Source: Eledone cirrhosa
Lineage: Eukaryota
Assembly: GCA_964016885.1 (NCBI GenBank)
Contig: OZ024744.1
Location: forward strand, 1,860,001-1,924,000
Direction of reading: 5' to 3'
Length of the DNA stretch: 64,000 bases
In this document: in pieces, positions 39,951 to 53,400 of the stretch
Layout of the letters: every line of letters starts with the position of its first letter
Position numbering within the stretch: the first letter of the stretch is position 1
Program-made: the position numbers and the translations under genes
Notes under the pieces: model-generated
What the model was told of the DNA's origin: nothing
Seen by the model: the letters and a program-made list of their open reading frames with translations, nothing else
The model's database searches: none

Positions 39951-42900
39951 ACCTTGTCTTCCCCCAAAACTTCGTTCTTCACCAAGCTATCTTTCTCTAC
40001 CTTGTCTTCTCCCAAAATTTCGTTATTCACCAAGCTATCTTTCTCTACCTTGTCTTCCCTCAAAACTTCGTTCTTCACCAAGCTATCTTTCTCTACCTTG
40101 TCTTCCCCCAAAACTTCGTTCTTCACCAAGCTATCTTTCTCTACCTTGTCTTCCCCCAAAACTTCGTTCTTCACCAAGCTATCTTTCTCTACCTTGTCCT
40201 CCCCCAAAACTTCGTTCTTCACCAAGCTATCTTTCTCTACCTTGTCTTCCCCCAAAACTTCGTTCTTCACCATGTCATCTTTCTCTACATTGTCATCCCT
40301 CAAAACTTCGTTCTTCACCAATCTATCTTTCTCTACCTTGTCTTCCCCCAAAAATTCGTTCTTCACCAAGCTATCTTTCTCTACCTTGTCTTCCCCCAAA
40401 ACTTCGTTCTTCACCAAGCTATCTTTCTCTACCTTGTCTTCCCACAAAACGTCATTCTTCACCGAGATATCTTTCTCTACCTTGTCTTCCGTCAAAACTT
40501 CGTTCTTCACCAAGATATCTTTCTCTACCTTGTCTCCTCCCAAAACTTCGTTCTTCACCAAGCTATCTTTCTCTACCTTATCTTCCCTCAGAACTTCGTT
40601 CTTCACCAAGCTATCTCTCTCTACCTTGTCTTCCCCCAAAACTTCGTTCTTTACCAAGCTATCTTTCTCTACATTGTCTTCCTCAAAACTTCGTTCTTCA
40701 CCAAGCTATCTTTCTCTACCTTGTCTTCCCTCAAAACGTCGTTCTTCACCAAGCTATCTTTCTCTACCTTGTCTTCCCCCAAAACTTCGTTCTTCACCAA
40801 GCTATCTTTCTCTAACTTGTCTTCCCCCAAAACATCGTTCTTCACCAAGCTATCTTTCTCTACCTTGTCTTCCCCCAAAACTTCGTTCTTCACCAAGTCA
40901 TCTTTCTCTACCTTGTCATCCCTCAAAACTTCGTTCTTCACCAATCTATCTTTCTCTACCTTGTCTCCTCCCAAAACTTCGTTCTTCACCAAGCTATCTT
41001 TCTCTACCTTGTCTTCCCACAAAACGTCATTCTTCACCAAGCTCTCTTTCTCTACCTTGTCTTCCGTCAAACCTTCGTTCTTCACCAAGCTATCTTTCTC
41101 TACCTTGTCTTCCCTCAAAACGTCGTTCTTCACCAAGCTATCTTTCTCTACCTTGTCCTCCCACAAAACTTCGTTCTTCACCAAGCTATCTTTCTCTACC
41201 TTGTCTTCCCCCAAAACTTCGTTCTTCGCAAGCTATCTTTCTCTACCTTGTCTTCCGTCAAAACTTCGTTCTTCACCAAGCTATCTTTCTCTACCTTGTC
41301 TTCCCACAAAACGTCGTTCTTCACCAAGCTATCTTTCTCTACCTTGTCTTCCCTCAGAACTTCGTTGTTCACCAAGCTATCTTTCTCTACCTTGTCTTCC
41401 CCCAAAACTTCGTTCTTCACCAAGCTATCTTTCTCTACATTGTCTTCCCCAAAACTTCGTTCTTCACCAAGCTATCTTTCTCTACCTTGTCTTCCCTCAA
41501 AACGTCGTTCTTCACCAAGCTATCTTTCTCTACCTTGTCTTCCCACAAAACGTCGTTCTTCACCAAGCTATCTTTCTCTACCTTGTTTTCCCTCAGAACT
41601 TCGTTCTTCACCAAGCTATCTTTCTCTACCTTGTCTTCCCCCAAAACTTCGTTCTTCACCAAGCTATCTTTCTCTACATTGTCTTCCCCAAAACTTCGTT
41701 CTTCACCAAGCTATCTTTCTCTACCTTGTCTTCCCTCAAAACGTCGTTCTTCACCAAGCTATCTTTCTCTACCTTGTCTTCCCTCAAAACGTCGTTCTTC
41801 ACCAAGCTATCTTTCTCTACCTTGTCTTCCCCCAAAACTTCGTTCTTCACCAAGTCATCTTTCTCTACCTTGTCATCCCACAAAACGTCGTTCTTCACCA
41901 ACCTATCTTTCTCTATTTTGTCTTCCCTCAAAACGTCGTTCTTCACCAAGCTATCTTTCTCGACCTTGTCTTCTCCCAAAACTTCGTTATTCAGCAAGCT
42001 ATCTTTCTCTACCTTGTATTCCCTCAAAACTTCGTTCTTCACCAAGCTATCTTTCTCTACCTTGTCTTCCCCCAAAACTTCGTTCTTCACCAAGCTATCT
42101 TTCTCTACCTTGTCTTCCCTCAAAACTTCGTTCTTCACCAAGCTATCTTTCTCTACCTTGTCTTCCCCCAAAACTTCGTTCTTCACCAAGCTATCTTTCT
42201 CTACCTTGTCTTCCCCCAAAACTTCGTTCTTCACCAAGCTATCTTTCTCTACCTTGTCTTCCCCCAAAACTTCGTTCTTCACCAAGCTATCTTTCTCTAC
42301 CTTGTCTTCCCACAAAACGTCATTCTTCACCAAGCTATCTTTCTCTATCTTGTCTTCCGTCAAAACTTCGTTCTTCACCAAGATATCTTTCTCTACCTTG
42401 TCTCCTCCCAAAACTTCGTTCTTCACCAAGCTATCTTTCTCTACCTTATCTTCCCTCAGAACTTCGTTCTTCACCAAGCTATCTCTCTCTACCTTGTCTT
42501 CCCCCAAAACTTCGTTCTTTACCAAGCTATCTTTCTCTACATTGTCTTCCCCAAAACTTCGTTCTTCACCAAGCTATCTTTCTCTACCTTGTCTTCCCTC
42601 AAAACGTCGTTCTTCACCAAGCTATCTTACTCTACCTTGTCTTCCCCAAAACTTCGTTCTTCACCAAGCTATCTTTCTCTACCTTGTCTTCCCCCAAAAC
42701 TTCGTTCTTCACCAAGCTATCTTTCTCTACCTCGTCTTCCCTCAAAACTCCGTTCTTCACCAAGCTATCTTTCTCTACCTTGTCTTCCCCCAAAACTTCG
42801 TTCTTCACCAAGCTATCTTTCTCTAACTTGTCTTCCCCCAAAACTTCGTTCTTCACCAAGCTATCTTTCTCTACCTTGTCTTCCCCCAAAACTTCGTTCT

Positions 42901-44749
42901 TCACCAAGTCATCTTTCTCTACCTTGTCATCCCTCAAAACTTCGTTCTTCACCAATCTATCTTTCTCTACCTTGTCTCCTCCCAAAACTTCGTTCTTCAC
43001 CAAGCTATCTTTCTCTACCTTGTCTTCCCACAAAACGTCATTCTTCACCAAGCTCTCTTTCTCTACCTTGTCTTCCGTCAAACCTTCGTTCTTCACCAAG
43101 CTATCTGTCTCTACCTTGTCTTCCCTCAAAACGTCGTTCTTCACCAAGCTATCTTTCTCTACCTTGTCCTTCCACAAAACTTCGTTCTTCACCAAGCTAT
43201 CTTTCTCTAACTTGTGTTCCCCCAAAACTTCGTTCTTCGCAAGCTATCTTTCTCTACCTTGTCTTCCGTCAAAACTTCGTTCTTCACCAAGATATCTTTC
43301 TCTACCTTGTCTTCCCACAAAACGTCGTTCTTCACCAAGCTATCTTTCTCTACCTTGTCTTCCCTCAGAACTTCGTTCTTCACCAAGCTATCTTTCTCTA
43401 CCTTGTCTTCCCCCAAAACTTCGTTCTTCACCAAGCTATCTTTCTCTACATTGTCTTCCCCAAAACTTCGTTCTTCACCAAGCTATCTTTCTCTACCTTG
43501 TCTTCCCTCAAAACGTCGTTCTTCACCAAGCTATCTTTCTCTACCTTGTCTTCCCCCAAAACTTCGTTCTTCACAAAGCTATCTTTCTCTACCTTGTCTT
43601 CCCCCAAAACTTCGTTCTTCACCAAGTCATCTTTCTCTACCTTGTCATCCCACAAAACTTCGTTCTTCACCAATCTATCTTTCTCTACCTTGTCTTCCCC
43701 CAAAACTTCGTTCTTCACCAAGCTATCTTTCTCTACCTTGTCTTCCCACAAAACGTCATTCTTCACCAAGCTATCTTTCTCTATGTTGTCTTCCCTCAAA
43801 ACGTCGTTCATCACCAAGCTATCTTTCTCTACCTTGTCTTCCCTCAAAATTTCGTTCTTCACCAAGCTATCTTTCTCGACCTTGTCTTCTCCCAAAACTT
43901 CGTTATTCAGCAAGCTATCTTTCTCTACCTTGTCTTCCCTCAAAACTTCGTTCTTCACCAAGCTATCTTTCTCTACCTTGTCTTCCCCCAAAACTTCGTT
44001 CTTAACCAAGCTATCTTTCTCTACCTTGTCTTCCCCCAAAACTTCGTTCTTCACCAAGCTATCTTTCTCTACCTTGTCTTCCCCCAAAACTTCGTTCTTC
44101 ACCATGTCATCTTTCTCTACCTTGTCATCCCTCAAAACTTCGTTCTTCACCAATCTATCTTTCTCTACCTTGTCTTCCCCCAAAACTTCGTTCTTCACCA
44201 AGCTATCTTTCTCTAGCTTGGCTTCACACAAAACTTCGTTCTTCACCAAGCTATCTTACTCTACCTTGTCTTCCCTCAAAACGTCGTTCTTCACCAATCT
44301 ATCTTTCTCTACCTTGTCTTCCCCCAAAATTTCGTTCTTTACCAAGCTATCTTTCTCTACATTGTCTTCCCCAAAACTTCGTTCTTCACCAAGCTATCTT
44401 ACTCTACCTTGTCTTCCCTCAAAACGTCGTTCTTCACCAAGCTATCTTTCTCTACCTTGTCTTCCCCCAAAACTTCGTTCTTCACCAAGCTATCTTTCTC
44501 TACCTTGTCTTCCCCCAAAACTTCGTTCTTCACCAAGCTATCTTTCTCTACCTCGTCTTCCCTCAAAACTTCGTTCTTCACCAAGCTATCTTTCTCTACC
44601 TTGTCTTCCCCCAAAACTTCGTTCTTCACCAAGCTATCTTTCTCTAACTTGTCTTCCCCCAAAACTTCGTTCTTCACCAAGCTATCTTTCTCTACCTTGT
44701 CTTCCCCCAAAACTTCGTTCTTCACCAAGCTATCTTTCTCTACCTTGTA

Positions 44750-47170
44750 TTCCCCCAAAACTTCGTTCTTCACCAAGTCATCTTTCTCTACCTTGTCATC
44801 CCTCAAAACTTCGTTCTTCACCATGTCATCTTTCTCTACCTTGTCATCCCTCAAAACTTCGTTCTTCACCAATCTATCTTTGTCTACCTTGTCTTCCCCC
44901 AAAACTTCGTTCTTCACCAAGCTATCTTTCTCTACCTTGTCTTCCCCCAAAACTTCGTTCTTCACCAAGCTATCTTTCTCTACCTTGTCTTCCCACAAAA
45001 CGTCATTCTTCACCAAGCTATCTTTCTCTACCTTGTCTTCCGTCAAAACTTCGTTGTTCACCAAGATATCTTTCTCTACCTTGTCTCCTCCCAAAACTTC
45101 GTTCTTCACCAAGCTATCTTTCTCTACCTTATCTTCCCTCAGAACTTCGTTCTTCACCAAGCTATCTCTCTCTACCTTGTCTTCCCCCAAAACTTCGTTC
45201 TTGACCAAGCTATCTTTCTCTACATTGTCTTCCCCAAAACTTCGTTCTTCACCAAGCTATCTTTCTCTACCTTGTCTTCCCTCAAAACGTCGTTCTTCAC
45301 CAAGCTATCTTTCTCTACCTTGTCTTCCCCCAAAACTTCGTTCTTCACCAAGCTATCTTTCTCTAACTTGTCTTCCCCCAAAACATCGTTCTTCACCAAG
45401 CTATCTTTCTCTACCTTGTCTTCTCCCAAAACTTCGTTCTTCACCAAGTCATCTTTCTCTACCTTGTCATCCCTCAAAACTTCGTTCTTCACCAATCTAT
45501 CTTTCTCTACCTTGTCTCCTCCCAAAACTTCGTTCTTCACCAAGCTATCTTTCTCTACCTTGTCTTCCCACAAAACGTCATTCTTCACCAAGCTCTCTTT
45601 CTCTACCTTGTCTTCCGTCAAACCTACGTTCTTCACCAAGCTATCTTTCTCTACCTTGTCTTCCCTCAAAACGTCGTTCTTCACCAAGCTATCTTTCTCT
45701 ACCTTGTCCTCCCACAAAACTTCGTTCTTCACCAAGCTATCTTTCTCTACCTTGTCTTCCCCCAAAACTTCGTTCTTCGCAAGCTATCTTTCTCTACCTT
45801 GTCTTCCGTCAAAACTTCGTTCTTCACCAAGATATCTTTCTCTACCTTGTCTTCCCACAAAACGTCGTTCTTCACCAAGCTATCTTTCTCTACCTTGTCT
45901 TCCCTCAGAACTTCGTTCTTCACCAAGCTATCTTTCTCTACCTTGTCTTCCCCCAAAACTTCGTTCTTCACCAAGCTATCTTTCTCTACCTTGTATTCCC
46001 CCAAAACTTCGTTCTTCACCAAGTCATCTTTCTCTACCTTGTCATCCCTCAAAACTTCGTTCTTCACCATGTCATCTTTCTCTACCTTGTCATCCCTCAA
46101 AACTTCGTTCTTCACCAATCTATCTTTCTCTACCTTGTCTTCCCCCAAAACTTCGTTCTTCACCAAGCTATCTTTCTCTACCTTGTCTTCCCCCAAAACT
46201 TCGTTCTTCACCAAGCTATCTTTCTCTACCTTGTCTTCCCACAAAACGTCATTCTTCAACAAGCTATCTTTCTCTACCTTGTCTTCCGTCAAAACTTCGT
46301 TCTTCACCAAGATATCTTTCTCTACCTTGTCTCCTCCCAAAACTTCGTTCTTCACCAAGCTATCTTTCTCTACCTTATCTTCCCTCAGAACTTCGTTCTT
46401 CACCAAGCTATCTCTCTCTACCTTGTCTTCCCCCAAAACTTCGTTCTTTACCAAGCTATCTTTCTCTACATTGTCTTCCCCAAAACTTCGTTCTTCACCA
46501 AGCTATCTTTCTCTACCTTGTCTTCCCTCAAAACGTCGGTCTTCACCAAGCTATCTTTCTCTACCTTGTCTTCCCCCAAAACTTCGTTCTTCACCAAGCT
46601 ATCTTTCTCTAACTTGTCTTCCCCCAAAACATCGTTCTTCACCAAGCTATCTTTCTCTACCTTGTCTTCTCCCAAAACTTCGTTCTTCACCAAGTCATCT
46701 TTCTCTACCTTGTCATCCCTCAAAACTTCGTTCTTCACCAATCTATCTTTCTCTACCTTGTCTCCTCCCAAAACTTCGTTCTTCACCAAGCTATCTTTCT
46801 CTACCTTGTCTTCCCACAAAACGTCATTCTTCACCAAGCTCTCTTTCTCTACCTTGTCTTCCGTCAAACCTTCGTTCTTCACCAAGCTATCTTTCTCTAC
46901 CTTGTCTTCCCTCAAAACGTCGTTCTTCACCAAGCTATCTTTCTCTACCTTGTCCTCCCACAAAACTTCGTTCTTCACCAAGCTATCTTTCTCTACCTTG
47001 TCTTCCCCCAAAACTTCGTTCTTCGCAAGCTATCTTTCACTACCTTGTCTTCCGTCAAAACTTCGTTCTTCACCAATCTATCTTTCTCTACCTTGTCTTC
47101 CCACAAAACGTCGTTCTTCACCAAGCTATCTTTCTCTACCTTGTCTTCCCTCAGAACTTCGTTCTTCACC
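44750..47170. repeat. Slightly diverged tandem duplication, period 1246 bp (26 monomers)
   Basis: ORF pairs 45220/46466 and 45747/46993. The module order is the same, with several private substitutions in each copy. Confidence 0.8.
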
Positions 47171-47445
47171 AAGCTATCTTTCTCTACCTTGTCTTCCCCC
47201 AAAACTTCGTTCTTCACCAAGCTATCTTTCTCTACATTGTCTTCCCCGAAACTTCGTTCTTCACCAAGCTATCTTTCTCTACCTTGTCTTCCCTCAAAAC
47301 GTCGTTCTTCACCAAGCTATCTTTCTCTACCTTGTCTTCCCCCAAAACTTCGTTCTTCACAAAGCTATCTTTCTCTACCTTGTCTTCCCCCAAAACTTCG
47401 TTCTTCACCAAGTCATCTTTCTCTACCTTGTCATCCCACAAAACG

Positions 47446-50400
47446 TCGTTCTTCACCAAGCTATCTTTCTCTATTTTGTCTTCCCTCAAAACGTCGTTCT
47501 TCACCAAGCTATCTTTCTCTACCTTGTCTTCCCTCAAAATTTCGTTCTTCACCAAGCTATCTTTCTCGACCTTGTCTTCTCCCAAAACTTCGTTATTCAG
47601 CAAGCTATCTTTCTCTACCTTGTCTTCCCCCAAAACTTCGTTCTTCACCAAGCTATCTTTCTCTACCTTGTCTTCTCCCAAAACTTCGTTATTCACCAAG
47701 CTATCTTTCTCTACCTTGTCTTCCCTCAAAACTTCGTTCTTCACCAAGCTATATTTCTCTACCTTGTCTTCCCCCAAAACTTCGTTCTTCACCAAGCTAT
47801 CTTTCTCTACCTTGTCTTCCCCCAAAACTTCGTTCTTCACCAAGCTATCTTTCTCTACCTTGTCTTCCCCCAAAACTTCGTTCTTCACCAAGCTATCTTT
47901 CTCTACCTTGTCTTCCCACAAAACGTCATTCTTCACCAAGCTATCTTTCTCTACCTTGTCTTCCGTCAAAACTTCGTTCTTCACCAAGATATCTTTCTCT
48001 ACCTTGTCTCCTCCCAAAACTTCGTTCTTCACCAAGCTATCTTTCTCTACCTTATCTTCCCTCAGAACTTCGTTCTTCACCAAGCTATCTTTCTCTACCT
48101 TGTCTTCCCCCAAAACTTCGTTCTTTACCAAGCTATCTTTCTCTACATTGTCTTCCCCAAAACTTCGTTCTTCACCAAGCTATCTTTCTCTACCTTGTCT
48201 TCCCTCAAAACGTCGTTCTTCACCAAGCTATCTTACTCTACCTTGTCTTCCCCCAAAACTTCGTTCTTCACCAAGCTATCTTTCTCTACCTTGTCTTCCC
48301 CCAAAACTTCGTTCTTCACCAAGCTATCTTTCTCTACCTCGTCTTCCCTCAAAACTTCGTTCTTCACCAAGCTATCTTTCTCTACCTTGTCTTCCGCCAA
48401 AACTTCGTTCTTCACCAAGCTATCTTTCTCTAACTTGTCTTCCCCCAAAACTTCGTTCTTCACCAAGCTATCTTTCTCTACCTTGTCTTCCCCCAAAACT
48501 TCGTTCTTCACCAAGTCATCTTTCTCTACCTTGTCATCCCTCAAAACTTCGTTCTTCACCAATCTATCTTTCTCTACCTTGTCTCCTCCCAAAACTTCGT
48601 TCTTCACCAAGCTATCTTTCTCTACCTTGTCTTCCCACAAAACGTCATTTTCACCAAGCTCTCTTTCTCTACCTTGTCTTCCGTCAAACCTTCGTTCTTC
48701 ACCAAGCTATCTTTCTCTACCTTGTCTTCCCTCAAAACGTCGTTCTTCACCAAGCTATCTTTCTCTACCTTGTCCTTCCACAAAACTTCGTTCTTCACCA
48801 AGCTATCTTTCTCTACCTTGTCTTCCCCCAAAACTTCGTTCTTCGCAAGCTATCTTTCTCTACCTTGTCTTCCGTCAAAACTTCGTTCTTCACCAAGATA
48901 TCTTTCTCTACCTTGTCTTCCCACAAAACGTCGTTCTTCACCAAGCTATCTTTCTCTACCTTGTCTTCCCTCAGAACTTCGTTCTTCACCAAGCTATCTT
49001 TCTCTACCTTGTCTTCCCCCAAAACTTCGTTCTTCACCAAGCTATCTTTCTCTACATTGTCTTCCCCAAAACTTCGTTCTTCACCAAGCTATCTTTCTCT
49101 ACCTTGTCTTCCCTCAAAACGTTGTTCTTCACCAAGCTATCTTTCTCTACCTTGTCTTCCCCCAAAACTTCGTTCTTCACAAAACTATCTTTCTCTACCT
49201 TGTCTTCCCCCAAAACTTCGTTCTTCACCAAGTCTTCTTTCTCTACCTTGTCATTCCACAAAACGTCGTTCTTCACCAAGCTATCTTTCTCTATGTTGTC
49301 TTCCCTCAAAACGTCGTTCTTCACCAAGCTATCTTTCTCTACCTTGTCTTCCCTCAAAATGTCGTTCTTCACCAAGCTATCTTTCTCGACCTTGTCTTCT
49401 CCCAAAACTTCGTTATTCAGCAAGCTATCTTTCTCTACCTTGTCTTCCCTCAAAACTTCGTTCTTCACCAAGCTATCTTTCTCTACCTTGTCTTCTCCCA
49501 AAACTTCGTTATTCACCAAGCTATCTTTCTCTACCTTGTCTTCCCTCAAAACTTCGTTCTTCACCAAGCTATCTTTCTCTACCTTGTCTTCCCCCAAAAC
49601 TTCGTTCTTCACCAAGCTATCTTTCTCTACCTTGTCTTCCCCCAAAACTTCGTTCTTCACCAAGCTATCTTTCTCTACCTTGTCTTCCCTCAAAACTTCG
49701 TTCTTCACCATGTCATCTTTCTCTACCTTGTCATCCCTCAAAACTTCGTTCTTCACCAATCTATCTTTCTCTACCTTGTCTTCCCCCAAAACTTCGTTCT
49801 TCACCAAGCTATCTTTCTCTAGCTTGGCTTCACACAAAACTTCGTTCTTCACCAAGCTATCTTTCTCTACCTTGTCTTCCCACAAAACGTCATTCTTCAC
49901 CAAGCTATCTTTCTCTACCTTGTCTTCCGTCAAAACTTCGTTCTTCACCAAGATATCTTTCTCTACCTTGTCTCCTCCCAAAACTTCGTTCTTCACCAAG
50001 CTATCTTTCTCTACCTTGTCTTCCCCCAAAACTTCGTTCTTCACCAAGCTATCTTTCTCTACCTTGTCTTCCCCCAAAACTTCGTTCTTCACCAAGCTAT
50101 CTTTCTCTACCTTGTCTTCTCCCAAAACTTCGTTATTCACCAAGCTATCTTTCTCTACCTTGTCTTCCCTCAAAACTTCGTTCGTCACCAAGCTATATTT
50201 CTCTACCTTGTCTTCCCCCAAAACTTCGTTCTTCACCAAGCTATCTTTCTCTACCTTGTCTTCCCCCAAAACTTCGTTCTTCACCAAGCTATCTTTCTCT
50301 ACCTTGTCTTCCCCCAAAACTTCGTTCTTCACCAAGCTATCTTTCTCTACCTTGTCTTCCCACAAAACGTCATTCTTCACCAAGCTATCTTTCTCTACCT

Positions 50401-53400
50401 TGTCTTCCGTCAAAACTTCGTTCTTCACCAAGATATCTTTCTCTACCTTGTCTCCTCCCAAAACTTCGTTCTTCACCAAGCTATCTTTCTCTACCTTATC
50501 TTCCCTCAGAACTTCGTTCTTCACCAAGCTATCTCTCTCTACCTTGTCTTCCCCCAAAACTTCGTTCTTTACCAAGCTATCTTTCTCTACATTGTCTTCC
50601 CCAAAACTTCGTTCTTCACCAAGCTATCTTTCTCTACCTTGTCTTCCCTCAAAACGTCGTTCTTCACCAAGCTATCTTACTCTACCTTGTCTTCCCCCAA
50701 AACTTCGTTCTTCACCAAGCTATCTTTCTCTACCTTGTCTTCCCCCAAAACTTCGTTCTTCACCAAGCTATCTTTCTCTACCTCGTCTTCCCTCAAAACT
50801 TCGTTCTTCACCAAGCTATCTTTCTCTACCTTGTCTTCCCCCAAAACTTCGTTCTTCACCAAGCTATCTTTCTCTAACTTGTCTTCCCCCAAAACTTCGT
50901 TCTTCACCAAGCTATCTTTCTCTACCTTGTCTTCCCCCAAAACTTCGTTCTTCACCAAGTCATCTTTCTCTACCTTGTCATCCCTCAAAACTTCGTTCTT
51001 CACCAATCTATCTTTCTCTACCTTGTCTCCTCCCAAAACTTCGTTCTTCACCAAGCTATCTTTCTCTACCTTGTCTTCCCACAAAACGTCATTCTTCACC
51101 AAGCTCTCTTTCTCTACCTTGTCTTCCGTCAAACCTTCGTTCTTCACCAAGCTATCTTTCTCTACCTTGTCTTCCCTCAAAACGTCGTTCTTCACCAAGC
51201 TATCTTTCTCTACCTTGTCCTTCCACAAAACTTCGTTCTTCACCAAGCTATCTTTCTCTACCTTGTCTTCCCCCAAAACTTCGTTCTTCGCAAGCTATCT
51301 TTCTCTACCTTGTCTTCCGTCAAAACTTCGTTCTTCACCAAGATATCTTTCTCTACCTTGTCTTCCCACAAAACGTCGTTCTTCACCAAGCTATCTTTCT
51401 CTACCTTGTCTTCCCTCAGAACTTCGTTCTTCACCAAGCTATCTTTCTCTACCTTGTCTTCCCCCAAAACTTCGTTCTTCACCAAGCTATCTTTCTCTAC
51501 ATTGTCTTCCCCAAAACTTCGTTCTTCACCAAGCTATCTTTCTCTACCTTGTCTTCCCTCAAAACGTCGTTCTTCACCAAGCTATCTTTCTCTACCTTGT
51601 CTTCCCCCAAAACTTCGTTCTTCACAAAGCTATCTTTCTCTACCTTGTCTTCCCCCAAAACTTCGTTCTTCACCAAGTCATCTTTCTCTACCTTGTCATC
51701 CCACAAAACGTCGTTCTTCACCAAGCTATCTTTCTCTATGTTGTCTTCCCTCAAAACGTCGTTCTTCACCAAGCTATCTTTCTCTACCTTGTCTTCCCTC
51801 AAAATTTCGTTCTTCACCAAGCTATCTTTCTCGACCTTGTCTTCTCCCAAAACTTCGTTATTCAGCAAGCTATCTTTCTCTACCTTGTCTTCCCTCAAAA
51901 CTTCGTTCTTCACCAAGCTATCTTTCTCTACCTTGTCTTCCACCCAAAACTTCGTTCTTCACCAAGCTATCTTTCTCTACCTTGTCTTCTCCCAAAACTT
52001 CGTTATTCACCAAGCTATCTTTCTCTACCTTGTCTTCCCTCAAAACTTCGTTCTTCACCAAGCTATCTTTCTCTACCTTGTCTTCCCCCAAAACTTCGTT
52101 CTTCACCAAGCTATCTTTCTCTACCTTGTCTTCCCCCAAAACTTCGTTCTTCACCAAGCTATCTTTCTCTACCTTGTCTTCCCTCAAAACTTCGTTCTTC
52201 ACCAATCTATCTTTCTCTACCTTGTCTTCCCCCAAAACTTCGTTCTTCACCAAGCTATCCTTCTCTAGCTTGGCTTCACACAAAACTTCGTTCTTCACCA
52301 AGCTATCTTTCTCTACCTTGTCTTCCCACAAAACGTCATTCTTCACCAAGCTATCTTTCTCTACCTTGTCTTCCGTCAAAACTTCGTTCTTCACCAAGAT
52401 ATCTTTCTCTACCTTGTCTCCTCCCAAAACTTCGTTCTTCACCAAGCTATCTTTCTCTACCTTGTCTTCCCCCAAAACTTCGTTCTTCACCAAGCTATCT
52501 TTCTCTACCTTGTCTTCCCCCAAAACTTCGTTCTTCACCAAGCTATCTTTCTCTACCTCGTCTTCCCTCAAAACTTCGTTCTTCACCAAGCTATCTTTCT
52601 CTACCTTGTCTTCCCCCAAAACTTCGTTCTTCACCAAGCTATCTTTCTCTATTTTGTCTTCCCTCAAAACGTCGTTCTTCACCAAGCTATCTTTCTCTAC
52701 CTTGTCTTCCCTCAAAATTTCGTTCTTCACCAAGCTATCTTTCTCGACCTTGTCTTCTCCCAAAACTTCGTTATTCAGCAAGCTATCTTTCTCTACCTTG
52801 TCTTCCCCCAAAACTTCGTTCTTCACCAAGCTATCTTTCTCTACCTTGTCTTCTCCCAAAACTTCGTTATTCACCAAGCTATCTTTCTCTACCTTGTCTT
52901 CCCTCAAAACTTCGTTCTTCACCAAGCTATATTTCTCTACCTTGTCTTCCCCCAAAACTTCGTTCTTCACCAAGCTATCTTTCTCTACCTTGTCTTCCCC
53001 CAAAACTTCGTTCTTCACCAAGCTATCTTTCTCTACCTTGTCTTCCCCCAAAACTTCGTTCTTCACCAAGCTATCTTTCTCTACCTTGTCTTCCCACAAA
53101 ACGTCATTCTTCACCAAGCTATCTTTCTCTACCTTGTCTTCCGTCAAAACTTCGTTCTTCACCAAGATATCTTTCTCTACCTTGTCTCCTCCCAAAACTT
53201 CGTTCTTCACCAAGCTATCTTTCTCTACCTTATCTTCCCTCAGAACTTCGTTCTTCACCAAGCTATCTTTCTCTACCTTGTCTTCCCCCAAAACTTCGTT
53301 CTTTACCAAGCTATCTTTCTCTACATTGTCTTCCCCAAAACTTCGTTCTTCACCAAGCTATCTTTCTCTACCTTGTCTTCCCTCAAAACGTCGTTCTTCA

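Noticed and set aside
26103-44216. Giant + strand ORFs (up to 6037 aa) in all three frames
   Set aside because: The consensus has no TAA/TAG/TGA on the + strand and its length is a multiple of 3, so all frames stay open. The translations cycle among three unrelated repeat peptides at each indel, and most starts are TTG or other alternative codons.
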